The position numbers and the translations under genes were made by a program. Under the pieces are notes generated by a model, which did not search any database, was not told the DNA's origin, and saw only the letters and a list, made by a program, of their open reading frames with translations. From Obrimoposthia wandeli (lineage: Eukaryota), in the NCBI GenBank assembly GCA_977020255.1, contig CDROCS010000410.1:496001-560000 (forward strand): DNA of 64,000 bases. Direction: 5' to 3'. Positions 31,519 to 41,003 of this stretch are shown here, in pieces (positions within the stretch are counted from its first letter, which is position 1; the number at the start of each line of letters is the position of its first letter).

Positions 31519-33513
31519 CTACTGAATTAATTGCTCACGCAGTTTCGCCACTTTATCTCGGGTCTCACCGGCTTTTTCAAATTCCAGATCTTGTGCATAC
31601 TTATACATCACCTCTTCCAAGCGCACTATCTCTTTACTCAATTCTGCAGGGGTAAATATCGCATAGGTGGCCTTCTGCTCGGCAATATGCATCATTTGCT
31701 GCTCTGGCGTGCGGCCAATATTGAAACCATCACCTACTTTCTTCTTCAATCCGGTTGGTGTAATGCCATGTTTGATATTATGCTCATGCTGTAATTCACG
31801 ACGACGTTCCGTTTCACTAATGGCTTTATCCATCGACTTGGTAATACGATTAGCATATAAGATAGCCTTACCTTCCAAGTTACGCGCGGCGCGACCAATG
31901 GTTTGGATCAGCGAACGTTCAGAACGTAAGAAACCTTCTTTATCTGCATCCAGAATAGCCACTAATGAAACCTCTGGCATATCCAAACCTTCACGCAGTA
32001 AGTTAATACCAACCAGTACGTCAAATACCCCTAAGCGTAAATCACGGATGATCTCAACACGCTCAACAGTATCAATGTCAGAATGCAGATAACGTACCTT
32101 CACGCCATGCTCTGCAAGGTATTCAGCTAAATCTTCAGACATACGCTTAGTCAGTGTTGTTGCCAGTACCCTTTCGCCTTTTGCAACGCGAATGTGGATC
32201 TCACTAAGCAAGTCATCGACCTGAGTATCCACAGGGCGTACTTCAATGATTGGATCTAACAAGCCTGTCGGACGTACAAGCTGCTGTACAATTTCACCTT
32301 CGCAACGATCTAACTCATACTGGCTCGGCGTCGCTGAAACATATAACGTCTGTGGTGAAATAGATTCAAACTCTTCAAATTTAAGCGGTCTGTTATCTAA
32401 TGCTGACGGTAAACGGAAACCGAACTCGACCAATGTTTCTTTACGCGAGCGATCACCTTTATACATTGCACCAATTTGTGGCACGGTAACGTGTGATTCA
32501 TCAATCACTAACAAGCCGTCATCGGGTAAATAGTCTAATAAAGTCGGAGGCGCGTCACCCGGCGTGCGACCAGATAAATAACGAGAATAGTTTTCAATAC
32601 CCGAGCAATAACCCAGCTCTTGCATCATTTCGATATCAAACTGCACACGTTGACTGACACGCTGCTCTTCAATCAGTTTATTAGCTGATATTAATTGTTT
32701 TTTACGCTCAGACAGTTCCACTTTAATGTGTTCAATCGCCCCTAAGATCTTTTCTCTTGGCGTTACATAGTGCGTTTTAGGGTAAATAGTCGCGCGTTCA
32801 GTTGTTTTCTCTATCGCCCCTGTTAACGGATCAAAATAGCTAATGCGTTCAACTTCATCATCAAACATCTCGATACGTACAGCATGCTTATCTGATTCCG
32901 CGGGGTAAACATCGATGACTTCGCCGCGCACACGGAATGTCGAACGTTTGAAATCCATGTCGTTACGAGTATATTGCAATTCAGCTAAACGGCGAATGAT
33001 ACTGCGCTGACTAATCATCTCGCCAACGGATACATGCAACATCATTTTTAGGTAAGACTCAGGATCACCCAAACCATAAATAGCAGATACAGAGGCAATT
33101 AAGATCACATCACGGCGTTCTAATAAGGCTTTAGTTGCGGATAGGCGCATTTGCTCGATATGGGCATTTACAGCGGCATCTTTTTCAATAAAGGTATCAG
33201 TACTCGGTACGTAGGCTTCTGGTTGATAATAATCGTAGTAAGAAACAAAGTACTCGACCGCATTATTAGGGAAGAACTCTTTCATCTCACCGTAGAGCTG
33301 CGCAGCAAGGGTTTTGTTTGGTGCCATCAATAACGTCGGACGATTTAATTTCGCAATCATGTTCGCAACGGTGTAAGTTTTACCAGAACCAGTAACACCG
33401 AGTAGGGTTTGACAGGCAACGCCAGCCTCAAAACTATCAACTAGTTTTTCAATCGCTTGAGGCTGATCCCCGCTGGGAGTATATTCAGAACATAAATCGA
33501 ATAGAATCGTCAT
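31519..33513 (-). CDS. uvrB: Excinuclease ABC subunit B
   Basis: [30 protein letters not shown]-terminal UVR domain; ATG 33513 preferred. Confidence 0.99.
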   Translation of the reverse strand: MTILFDLCSEYTPSGDQPQAIEKLVDSFEAGVACQTLLGVTGSGKTYTVANMIAKLNRPTLLMAPNKTLAAQLYGEMKEFFPNNAVEYFVSYYDYYQPEAYVPSTDTFIEKDAAVNAHIEQMRLSATKALLERRDVILIASVSAIYGLGDPESYLKMMLHVSVGEMISQRSIIRRLAELQYTRNDMDFKRSTFRVRGEVIDVYPAESDKHAVRIEMFDDEVERISYFDPLTGAIEKTTERATIYPKTHYVTPREKILGAIEHIKVELSERKKQLISANKLIEEQRVSQRVQFDIEMMQELGYCSGIENYSRYLSGRTPGDAPPTLLDYLPDDGLLVIDESHVTVPQIGAMYKGDRSRKETLVEFGFRLPSALDNRPLKFEEFESISPQTLYVSATPSQYELDRCEGEIVQQLVRPTGLLDPIIEVRPVDTQVDDLLSEIHIRVAKGERVLATTLTKRMSEDLAEYLAEHGVKVRYLHSDIDTVERVEIIRDLRLGVFDVLVGINLLREGLDMPEVSLVAILDADKEGFLRSERSLIQTIGRAARNLEGKAILYANRITKSMDKAISETERRRELQHEHNIKHGITPTGLKKKVGDGFNIGRTPEQQMMHIAEQKATYAIFTPAELSKEIVRLEEVMYKYAQDLEFEKAGETRDKVAKLREQLIQ

Positions 33514-33871
33514 TATTAAAGGCCACAACTTAGCTTATAAAGTATATGTTTCCATAATACCAATTTACACTTAGTGCGCCAGATAAATTATTACTGACAT
33601 AATAATTACTTACCGCGATAAAAATAGGATAATCATTCTAAAATCATTAACAACTGTTAAATGTCAAGCAGTTATCAACAGTGTTTTAAAATATATTTTA
33701 TTTATGGTCGATTTTGATACAAAGAATTTGAAACTTAATTATACACGTGTATAACTTAACGCTAAAATCAACTTAAGCATCTGATTTTAAATGATTAACA
33801 AGCTAAATAAGCACCTTTATATAAAGTGATTTAAAATAACGTCAGTACTAGGTATATACGTGAAACCAATT

Positions 33872-33906
33872 TAATCCACAGAGTTACCCACAGATTTAGT
33901 GGATAA
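33872..33906 (-). promoter_or_regulatory. DARS-like core: three DnaA boxes upstream of uvrB
   Basis: Minus strand TTATCCACT-AAATC-TGTGGGTAA-CTC-TGTGGATTA: box I opposed to boxes II and III, spacers of 5 and 3 nt. Same layout and uvrB-upstream position as E. coli DARS1 as I recall it. Confidence 0.8.
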
Positions 33907-34024
33907 CTTAAGTCATCGAGCCTAATGACTGCTTAAACACCCGAAACGAAGTCTGACCTATTTGTCGAATTCAGAAGTCTATCCCCTAACCTAGCTAATC
34001 ATTATTGACCGCATTAAATTTATA

Positions 34025-35887
34025 CTACCTTTTCTCTTCTACTGCAAAGGTATATCTATTTTTGCCCAAACTCTTACTGATATACATGGCCTCATCAGCT
34101 TTCTTGAGTAAGGCTTGTGCAACATCACCATCATCAGGATACAGTGCGATACCAAAACTTGCGCCAACCGTAAGGGTGCTATCTTTAAAAGGCACTGGTT
34201 GGGAGACGATATTAAGCATTTTTTCTGCAATTGACGTGATGGCGGCTTTTGATTTGAAATCAGTGATAATCAACAGAAATTCATCACCACCAATTCTCGC
34301 TACCGTATCCGTTTCCCGCAAACCAGATTGAAAACGTTTAGCGACGGTTTTCAGTAGGGCATCACCAGCATCATGCCCGTGGGTATCATTGATGTTTTTA
34401 AAACCATCAAGATCAACAAAAACGAAAGCTGCTAGGGTATTATTTCTTTTCGCCATTTCGATAGCCATGGATGAACGATCATTCGCTAGCCTTAAACTAG
34501 GTAAATCCGTTAAGGCATCATGATTCGCGGAATGCTCGTGTTGTTCTTCTATACTCTTTTGGCGAGTAATATCCGTATGGGTTCCGAACATTAGCAATGG
34601 CTTTCCATCACCTGACCATGTCGATATTTTGCCGCGATCAAGCACCCAAATCCAGTGACCGTCTTTATGCCGCATTCGAGACTCACACTCATAATAGTCG
34701 AGACGTCCGTCAAGATGCTTCTGTATTAACTCATTTGATATTTCGAGATCATCAGCATGTGCCAATGCTTTCCAAATCGAAATTGAGCAAGGCTCAAGAT
34801 CCTGCAAACTATAGCCGACAATATTTGCCCAGCGTTCATTAAAGACCGCTTCCCCTGTTTGAATATTCCATTCCCAAGTGCCTACATTTGTGGCCTTCAA
34901 TATATAACTCAATCTTTTTCGTTCTTTTAACAGAGATTCTTGTACTTCTTTACGTACGATGATTTCATGCTCAATACGCTCTTTACTCGCCGTTATGGTA
35001 TTTACAGCCATATTCGCTTTTTGCATTAAATATACGATTGATGAAATAAGCAGTGAAAAAACAATTCCGCCGCCAAAGACTAATGCTGGTAATAACGAAT
35101 TATTTTGGCTGATGAAGCGCGCTGTTGGTCTGCTTGCAATAGAAAAGCGATGACCATATATATCGGCGTCGACGACTGATTCCCAAGCAGAGCGCGGCTG
35201 AACATGCCAATTTTTACTCTTAAATATATCCTGATCATCCATTGTCACTAAATTTCGAAAATACAATTGATCTTCGACATTAAGTCTTTCATGCAAAATA
35301 TAATTCAACCACTCTTGAACACGAAACACCGCGGTCAGAAAGCCTTCAAACTCACCATTAACGAAAATAGGGAAATAAACTAAAAAGCCTTTACCGCCCT
35401 GAACCAATTCAACTGGCGATGTTAATGTCGGGAGTTTATGATCTCTAGATGCCTCTAGCGCTATACGTCGACTATCTTCAAAAGCGAGATTCAAGTTAAC
35501 TGCAGACTCGTTCCCCGCCAAGGGCATGATCCAGCGAACATGGTAAGTTTTATCAACCCAGCTCAACGCTTGATAGCCAGGATCATCCTCTATATAGGAC
35601 TGTACATCGCTGATAAACTCATCTTTGGGTGTGCCTCCACGTACTTCCCAGCGTTTAATCACCCGTTGCAATGATGTGATCCGATTATTTAAATCCACAT
35701 TAATAATATCAGCAATCTTGAGAGCTTGAGCATTGACGGTATTTATACGACTACTATTTTCACGATTTTTTAAAGCAGTCCATAGACCCACGACCAGAGA
35801 ACACAGTAATATGCTCACTAAAATAGGTAAATATTTATGATTAACAGTCACTTTCCCCATTTGTAACATCGCATCGCTCTCTGACAT
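34025..35887 (-). CDS. Membrane sensor (CHASE-like) + PAS/PAC + GGDEF diguanylate cyclase
   Basis: Two TMs flanking a periplasmic domain, GTWEWN PAS, intact GGDEF with RETD I-site; ATG 35887 follows GGAAGG. Confidence 0.88.
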   Translation of the reverse strand: MSESDAMLQMGKVTVNHKYLPILVSILLCSLVVGLWTALKNRENSSRINTVNAQALKIADIINVDLNNRITSLQRVIKRWEVRGGTPKDEFISDVQSYIEDDPGYQALSWVDKTYHVRWIMPLAGNESAVNLNLAFEDSRRIALEASRDHKLPTLTSPVELVQGGKGFLVYFPIFVNGEFEGFLTAVFRVQEWLNYILHERLNVEDQLYFRNLVTMDDQDIFKSKNWHVQPRSAWESVVDADIYGHRFSIASRPTARFISQNNSLLPALVFGGGIVFSLLISSIVYLMQKANMAVNTITASKERIEHEIIVRKEVQESLLKERKRLSYILKATNVGTWEWNIQTGEAVFNERWANIVGYSLQDLEPCSISIWKALAHADDLEISNELIQKHLDGRLDYYECESRMRHKDGHWIWVLDRGKISTWSGDGKPLLMFGTHTDITRQKSIEEQHEHSANHDALTDLPSLRLANDRSSMAIEMAKRNNTLAAFVFVDLDGFKNINDTHGHDAGDALLKTVAKRFQSGLRETDTVARIGGDEFLLIITDFKSKAAITSIAEKMLNIVSQPVPFKDSTLTVGASFGIALYPDDGDVAQALLKKADEAMYISKSLGKNRYTFAVEEKR

Positions 35888-36135
35888 TAAGACCTTCCGT
35901 AGTTTAAAACTGCGTCTTCGCACTGATTCTTTATAACAACCTATTTATAACAACCTATCTAGAATAGCCGTTATATTAATAAAAATGATCAATGTTAAAT
36001 TTAAAGTATTGAAAATGTTAGCCTAACCACAATTTTGAAATTGTTTACTTAAACTACGCTATCAATGATTCTTAACCATCATCGTTCAGATATTCAACAA
36101 ACAAAGCGCAAATGGCATTTTAGCCTGTTTTATCA

Positions 36136-36172
36136 TTGACACTAAAAGCATCTGACCTTAATATTCGCCCCG
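36136..36172 (+). promoter_or_regulatory. Sigma70 stable-RNA promoter of the tRNA-Asn array
   Basis: TTGACA (36136) - 17 bp - TAATAT (36159), then the GC-rich discriminator TCGCCCCG. Confidence 0.85.
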
Positions 36173-36195
36173 TCTTCGAAACAAAGACAAGTAAT

Positions 36196-36271
36196 TCCCC
36201 TTTAGTTCAGTTGGTAGAACGGTGGACTGTTAATCCATATGTCGCTAGTTCGAGTCTAGCAAGGGGAGCCA
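36196..36271 (+). tRNA. tRNA-Asn(GTT) copy 1
   Basis: 76-nt cloverleaf, GTT anticodon, TTCGA T-loop, encoded CCA; acceptor TCCCCTT/AAGGGGA. Confidence 0.98.
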
Positions 36272-36405
36272 AATTATTCTTCATCTCTTATTACATAGAG
36301 GTTGAGAAAAACAGTTGGTTTAATTTTTATCTAAAGGTAAGATGAACGGACTGGCTTCAGTAGAGGCACACAACTTATTAGCTTCAATAGAAGCAAAAGA
36401 ATAAT

Positions 36406-36481
36406 TCCCTTTTAGTTCAGTTGGTAGAACGGTGGACTGTTAATCCATATGTCGCTAGTTCAAGTCTAGCAAAGGGAGCCA
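36406..36481 (+). tRNA. tRNA-Asn(GTT) copy 2
   Basis: Same cloverleaf; acceptor TCCCTTT/AAAGGGA; T-loop TTCAA. Confidence 0.98.
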
Positions 36482-36540
36482 ATTTTAAGTAAAGATTACC
36501 TAAACAACTTATTACATAGTTGTTTATTAAAACGAATAAT

Positions 36541-36616
36541 TCCCTTTTAGTTCAGTTGGTAGAACGGTGGACTGTTAATCCATATGTCGCTAGTTCAAGT
36601 CTAGCAAAGGGAGCCA
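36541..36616 (+). tRNA. tRNA-Asn(GTT) copy 3
   Basis: As copy 2. Confidence 0.98.
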
Positions 36617-36674
36617 AATTTAAGTAAAGAATACCTAAACAGCTTATTACATAGTTGTTTATAAAACGAATAAT

Positions 36675-36750
36675 TCCCTTTTAGTTCAGTTGGTAGAACG
36701 GTGGACTGTTAATCCATATGTCGCTAGTTCAAGTCTAGCAAAGGGAGCCA
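36675..36750 (+). tRNA. tRNA-Asn(GTT) copy 4
   Basis: As copy 2. Confidence 0.98.
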
Positions 36751-36809
36751 ATTTTTAAGTAAAGAATACCTAAACAGCTTATTACATAGTTGTTTATAAA
36801 ACGAATAAT

Positions 36810-36885
36810 TCCCTTTTAGTTCAGTTGGTAGAACGGTGGACTGTTAATCCATATGTCGCTAGTTCAAGTCTAGCAAAGGGAGCCA
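36810..36885 (+). tRNA. tRNA-Asn(GTT) copy 5
   Basis: As copy 2. Confidence 0.98.
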
Positions 36886-36944
36886 ATTTTTAAATAAAGA
36901 ATACCTAAACAACTTATTACATAGTTGTTTATAAAACGAATAAT

Positions 36945-37020
36945 TCCCTTTTAGTTCAGTTGGTAGAACGGTGGACTGTTAATCCATATGTCGCTAGTTC
37001 GAGTCTAGCAAAGGGAGCCA
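36945..37020 (+). tRNA. tRNA-Asn(GTT) copy 6
   Basis: Acceptor as copy 2; T-loop TTCGA. Confidence 0.98.
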
Positions 37021-37080
37021 ATTTTTAAGTAAAGAGTACCTAAGCCGCTTATTACATAGCTGTTTATAAAAAAGAATAAT

Positions 37081-37156
37081 TCCCTTTTAGTTCAGTTGGT
37101 AGAACGGTGGACTGTTAATCCATATGTCGCTAGTTCGAGTCTAGCAAAGGGAGCCA
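37081..37156 (+). tRNA. tRNA-Asn(GTT) copy 7
   Basis: Acceptor as copy 2; T-loop TTCGA. Confidence 0.98.
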
Positions 37157-37215
37157 ATTTTTAAGTAAAGAATACCTAAATAGCTTATTACATAGTTGTT
37201 TATAAAACGAATAAT

Positions 37216-37291
37216 TCCCTTTTAGTTCAGTTGGTAGAACGGTGGACTGTTAATCCATATGTCGCTAGTTCAAGTCTAGCAAAGGGAGCCA
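37216..37291 (+). tRNA. tRNA-Asn(GTT) copy 8
   Basis: As copy 2. Confidence 0.98.
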
Positions 37292-37350
37292 ATTTTTAAG
37301 TAAAGAATACCTAAGCAGCTTATTACATAGTTGTTTATAAAACGAATAAT

Positions 37351-37426
37351 TCCCTTTTAGTTCAGTTGGTAGAACGGTGGACTGTTAATCCATATGTCGC
37401 TAGTTCAAGTCTAGCAAAGGGAGCCA
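37351..37426 (+). tRNA. tRNA-Asn(GTT) copy 9
   Basis: As copy 2. Confidence 0.98.
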
Positions 37427-37524
37427 TATTATCTTTCTTTAACAGAGAAAGTAACAATTAACAATTTACGCTATAATAGATAGTGTAAATTGTTAATTGG
37501 GTTCGTAAGAATCAAAAAAGTAAT

Positions 37525-37600
37525 TCCCCTTTAGTTCAGTTGGTAGAACGGTGGACTGTTAATCCATATGTCGCTAGTTCGAGTCTAGCAAGGGGAGCCA
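37525..37600 (+). tRNA. tRNA-Asn(GTT) copy 10
   Basis: Same variant as copy 1 (TCCCCTT/AAGGGGA, TTCGA). Confidence 0.98.
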
Positions 37601-37851
37601 CTTCTTCATAATACCTATCTACATTTCCTAGCTAAACTACCCATCTAAACTTCCTATTTAAACTTCTTATAGTATTTTTATTTATCCCATCATAAAATAT
37701 CAATCTATCAAAATTCTAAAATAACCTATCTAAACGTCATCATAAAGCTTGCCCTCTATCCCATATTCCTTATCGAAATCAAATAACTCATACTTTTAAT
37801 GTTGCAAAAAGGTTACCCTAAAGTGACAAGGATGTATAATTTATAGGGATA

Positions 37852-39717
37852 ATGAAAATGACGGATTATTTTCGCTGCAACCTCTTTCTAACATTTGTGT
37901 TTTTATGTATGTTGATCAGTGCAGCAGGTTTTAGCTACAACGCATTAAACTCATCATTAGCAGTTCAAGGCAGTGCCGTTAATAGCGCACTAAGTCAAAA
38001 GATAACTGTAGATACCATTACTGATGATAATACAAAGTTACTTACAGATAGCCTCGCGTTAAGCCAGTTATTGATTCAAACAGAGTCTGTTTCTTCAAGT
38101 TGGGAGTCGAATATCAACTACCCGACTCTGCTCCAGCTGATCTTTCCGCAGTTAACTAAAAATTTTTCAGGTGCGACCGACTTATTTAGTTATAAATTTA
38201 AGTTAAAATTCAGTGAAAAAGATAATGTCGTTATCCAGCTATTGAGCACTTTCTCTATTTCACTCCTTATCGCTTATTTATTATGCCTCGTTTCCGTTAA
38301 GCGATTATTAGTTCGTTTAGAAAGAAATATTCTGCACGAAATAGGTAATACAATAGCACCAAAACAGCAGTCATTTCCGGCTGTAACACGTCTTTTAGCT
38401 CAAAACAAAGCACAGCATCATAAAGAATTACAGAGCCAACACGATGAAATTGAATCTCTATCAAAACAAATCAACATGGATAATTTGACTGGTTTATACA
38501 ATCGGTTTTATTTTCGTGGTGAGCTTGTGGATATTTTATCCGAGAAAAAACAATCTCAATCTGCCATCCTCGCATTAGTACGAGCAACAGCGCTGGGACA
38601 TATCAATAAGCACAGCGGTTTTCAACTCGGCGATAGCTATCTAAAAGATATATCCAATATGCTAAAGCAATGTACTAAACGCTATCCTGATAGTCAGTTA
38701 TACCGTGTTTCCGGACCTGATTTTGCCATTATAATTCCTAATATGACTGCGGCCGTTGCACATAAATTAGCGCGAGAAATCAAAGCGAACTTAGATGAAT
38801 ATCAATCGCTACATGAATTAGAAAATGTCGCTTACATTGGTATTACAACCATTCATTCAGGCCATCAGCCCGAGCAAGTGCTTGCCCGTGCAGATACAGC
38901 ATTAGCCAAAGCGCAACTTGAAGGTCCTAACTATTGGGCTTTCCAACAACAAGATAGCCAGCAAGATAATCAAGGTCAATCTTATTGGCAAGATGTGATA
39001 GAAGACATCATCAATAAGCGCAGCCTGATGTTACTGAGCCAACCGGTACAGCCAATTCACCGTAATATGAAAAATTATCAAGAGATATATACCCGCTTTA
39101 TTGGTAGTAATAATGCGGTATTGCCAACGCACACCTTATTCGCGATGGCTCAACGTTTGGATTACACCGTCAAGTTAGACCAACTCATCATTGAAAATAT
39201 TATCAGTAATAGCCGCACTCAAATGGATGGTAACTGTCACTGGGGCGTAAATTTAACCTCGCACTCCGTACAAAGTAGTGCATTCATAGTCTGGTTAGAA
39301 CGCCTATTGTTACGTGAACCAAATATTGCCGCCAATCTTGTTTTCGAAATAGATGAAATAATATTGGAACGTAATATCGTCTCAAGCAAACGCGTGATTG
39401 ATATGTTACGTCGAGTCGGCAGTCGCTCTGCAATTAGTAAGTTTGGCCATGGTATTAGTTCATTCAAATTATTTAAAGAACTCAAACCAAATTATATTAA
39501 GATCGACAGCGGCCTCATTAAATCAATTACTGACGATAATGCCAGCCAACAATTTTTACGCATGATTGTCGATGTCGCCCACCGCATGAGCTGCCAAGTC
39601 ATCGCTGAAGGTGTTGAAGAGTTAGCACAAAAACAATTACTGGAATCTATGTACGTCGACGGGATCCAAGGTTATCTTATCGCCAGACCTGCTCCACTTA
39701 GCAAAATAGCCAATTAA
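37852..39717 (+). CDS. Membrane-anchored, catalytically degenerate GGDEF-EAL protein (CsrD/LapD-like architecture)
   Basis: Two TMs; GGDEF replaced by VSGPDF, EAL by QEIYTR, DDFG by SKFG. Confidence 0.8.
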   Translation: MKMTDYFRCNLFLTFVFLCMLISAAGFSYNALNSSLAVQGSAVNSALSQKITVDTITDDNTKLLTDSLALSQLLIQTESVSSSWESNINYPTLLQLIFPQLTKNFSGATDLFSYKFKLKFSEKDNVVIQLLSTFSISLLIAYLLCLVSVKRLLVRLERNILHEIGNTIAPKQQSFPAVTRLLAQNKAQHHKELQSQHDEIESLSKQINMDNLTGLYNRFYFRGELVDILSEKKQSQSAILALVRATALGHINKHSGFQLGDSYLKDISNMLKQCTKRYPDSQLYRVSGPDFAIIIPNMTAAVAHKLAREIKANLDEYQSLHELENVAYIGITTIHSGHQPEQVLARADTALAKAQLEGPNYWAFQQQDSQQDNQGQSYWQDVIEDIINKRSLMLLSQPVQPIHRNMKNYQEIYTRFIGSNNAVLPTHTLFAMAQRLDYTVKLDQLIIENIISNSRTQMDGNCHWGVNLTSHSVQSSAFIVWLERLLLREPNIAANLVFEIDEIILERNIVSSKRVIDMLRRVGSRSAISKFGHGISSFKLFKELKPNYIKIDSGLIKSITDDNASQQFLRMIVDVAHRMSCQVIAEGVEELAQKQLLESMYVDGIQGYLIARPAPLSKIAN

Positions 39718-39855
39718 AGCCTATAAACCCCAGATAACGTATGGACACTAATGGATTATTAGTCTCTTTACGTTATCAATTTACGTCTTTTCTATTGTAA
39801 CAATGATACAGATACCCGATAATATGGCCTCCTATAGTAACTGTATTACTTCATC

Positions 39856-40437
39856 ATGACCGAATATCTCTTACTACTAGTAAGCACCGTGCTTGTAAAC
39901 AACTTTGTACTCGTTAAATTCTTGGGTTTATGCCCGTTTATGGGTGTGTCTAGCAAATTAGAAAGTGCAATAGGTATGTCCTTTGCGACAACGTTTGTAT
40001 TAACCATCGCGGCAATGTCTTCATACCTAGTTGAAACTTATATTTTAACGCCGCTCGGCTTAGAATACCTTCGCACGCTCAGTTTCATTCTAGTGATCGC
40101 CGTAGTTGTGCAATTTACCGAAATGGTAGTGCATAAAACCAGCCCGACACTGTATCGTTTATTAGGTATTTTCTTACCTTTAATCACGACTAACTGTGCG
40201 GTACTTGGTGTCGCCTTGTTAAACATTAATGAAAAACATAATTTTGTCGAAAGTGCTGTTTATGGCTTTGGCGCTGCGGTTGGTTTCTCATTAGTGCTTA
40301 TATTATTTGCAGCTATGCGTGAACGTATCGCGGCAGCAAACGTCCCGGCCCCTTTTAAGGGTACTTCAATCGCTATGATCACCGCAGGCCTTATGTCTCT
40401 TGCGTTCATGGGCTTCACGGGCTTGGTTAAACTTTAA
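39856..40437 (+). CDS. rnfA: Rnf/Rsx electron transport complex subunit A
   Basis: [28 protein letters not shown]. Confidence 0.97.
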   Translation: MTEYLLLLVSTVLVNNFVLVKFLGLCPFMGVSSKLESAIGMSFATTFVLTIAAMSSYLVETYILTPLGLEYLRTLSFILVIAVVVQFTEMVVHKTSPTLYRLLGIFLPLITTNCAVLGVALLNINEKHNFVESAVYGFGAAVGFSLVLILFAAMRERIAAANVPAPFKGTSIAMITAGLMSLAFMGFTGLVKL

Positions 40438-40449
40438 CTATTGATAACT

Positions 40450-40998
40450 ATGACTACTATTCTAATTGCAATTATTACCCTTGTTATTCTCGCCGCTTTG
40501 TTTGGGCTCGGCCTCGGCTGGGCCGCTATTCGTTTCAAAATTGAAGGCAACCCTGTCGTTGAACAGATCGATGCAGAGTTACCACAAACACAGTGTGGCC
40601 AATGTGGCTACCCTGGCTGCAAGCCTTATGCGACAGCTGTTGCCAACGGTGAAGAAGTAAACCTATGTGTGCCAGGTGGTGCAGATACAGTTCAAAAACT
40701 TGCCGATATCATGGGCGTTGAAGTTAAGCCAATCGCAGCACAAGAACATGATGCGAGCGTTAAACTCGTTGCGCGGATCATTGAAGAAGACTGCATTGGT
40801 TGCACTAAATGTATCCAAGCCTGCCCTGTTGACGCTATCGCTGGCGCTACACGTGCAATGCACACTGTCATTGTTGATTCTTGTACCGGTTGTAAATTAT
40901 GCGTCGCACCATGTCCGACCGATTGTATCGTGATGGAACCAGTCCAAACAGCCTGGAAATGGCAGTTAGATTCTATCCCAATCGTCAATATTAAGTAG
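40450..40998 (+). CDS. rnfB: Rnf subunit B
   Basis: [13 protein letters not shown] plus two CxxCxxCxxxCP ferredoxin motifs; ATG 40450. Confidence 0.97.
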   Translation: MTTILIAIITLVILAALFGLGLGWAAIRFKIEGNPVVEQIDAELPQTQCGQCGYPGCKPYATAVANGEEVNLCVPGGADTVQKLADIMGVEVKPIAAQEHDASVKLVARIIEEDCIGCTKCIQACPVDAIAGATRAMHTVIVDSCTGCKLCVAPCPTDCIVMEPVQTAWKWQLDSIPIVNIK

Positions 40999-41003
40999 GT
41001 CAC

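Noticed and set aside
33514-33870. LexA box expected upstream of uvrB
   Set aside because: No CTG-N10-CAG found; the nearest (CTGTTAAATGTCAAGCAG) has a 12-nt spacer.
36136-36345. 69-aa ORF in the track
   Set aside because: Its TTG start is the -35 box of the tRNA promoter and it reads through tRNA-Asn copy 1.
36406-37426. Regular repeat-spacer pattern resembling a CRISPR array
   Set aside because: The 76-nt repeats are complete tRNA-Asn genes, the spacers are near-identical rather than unique, and there are no cas genes.
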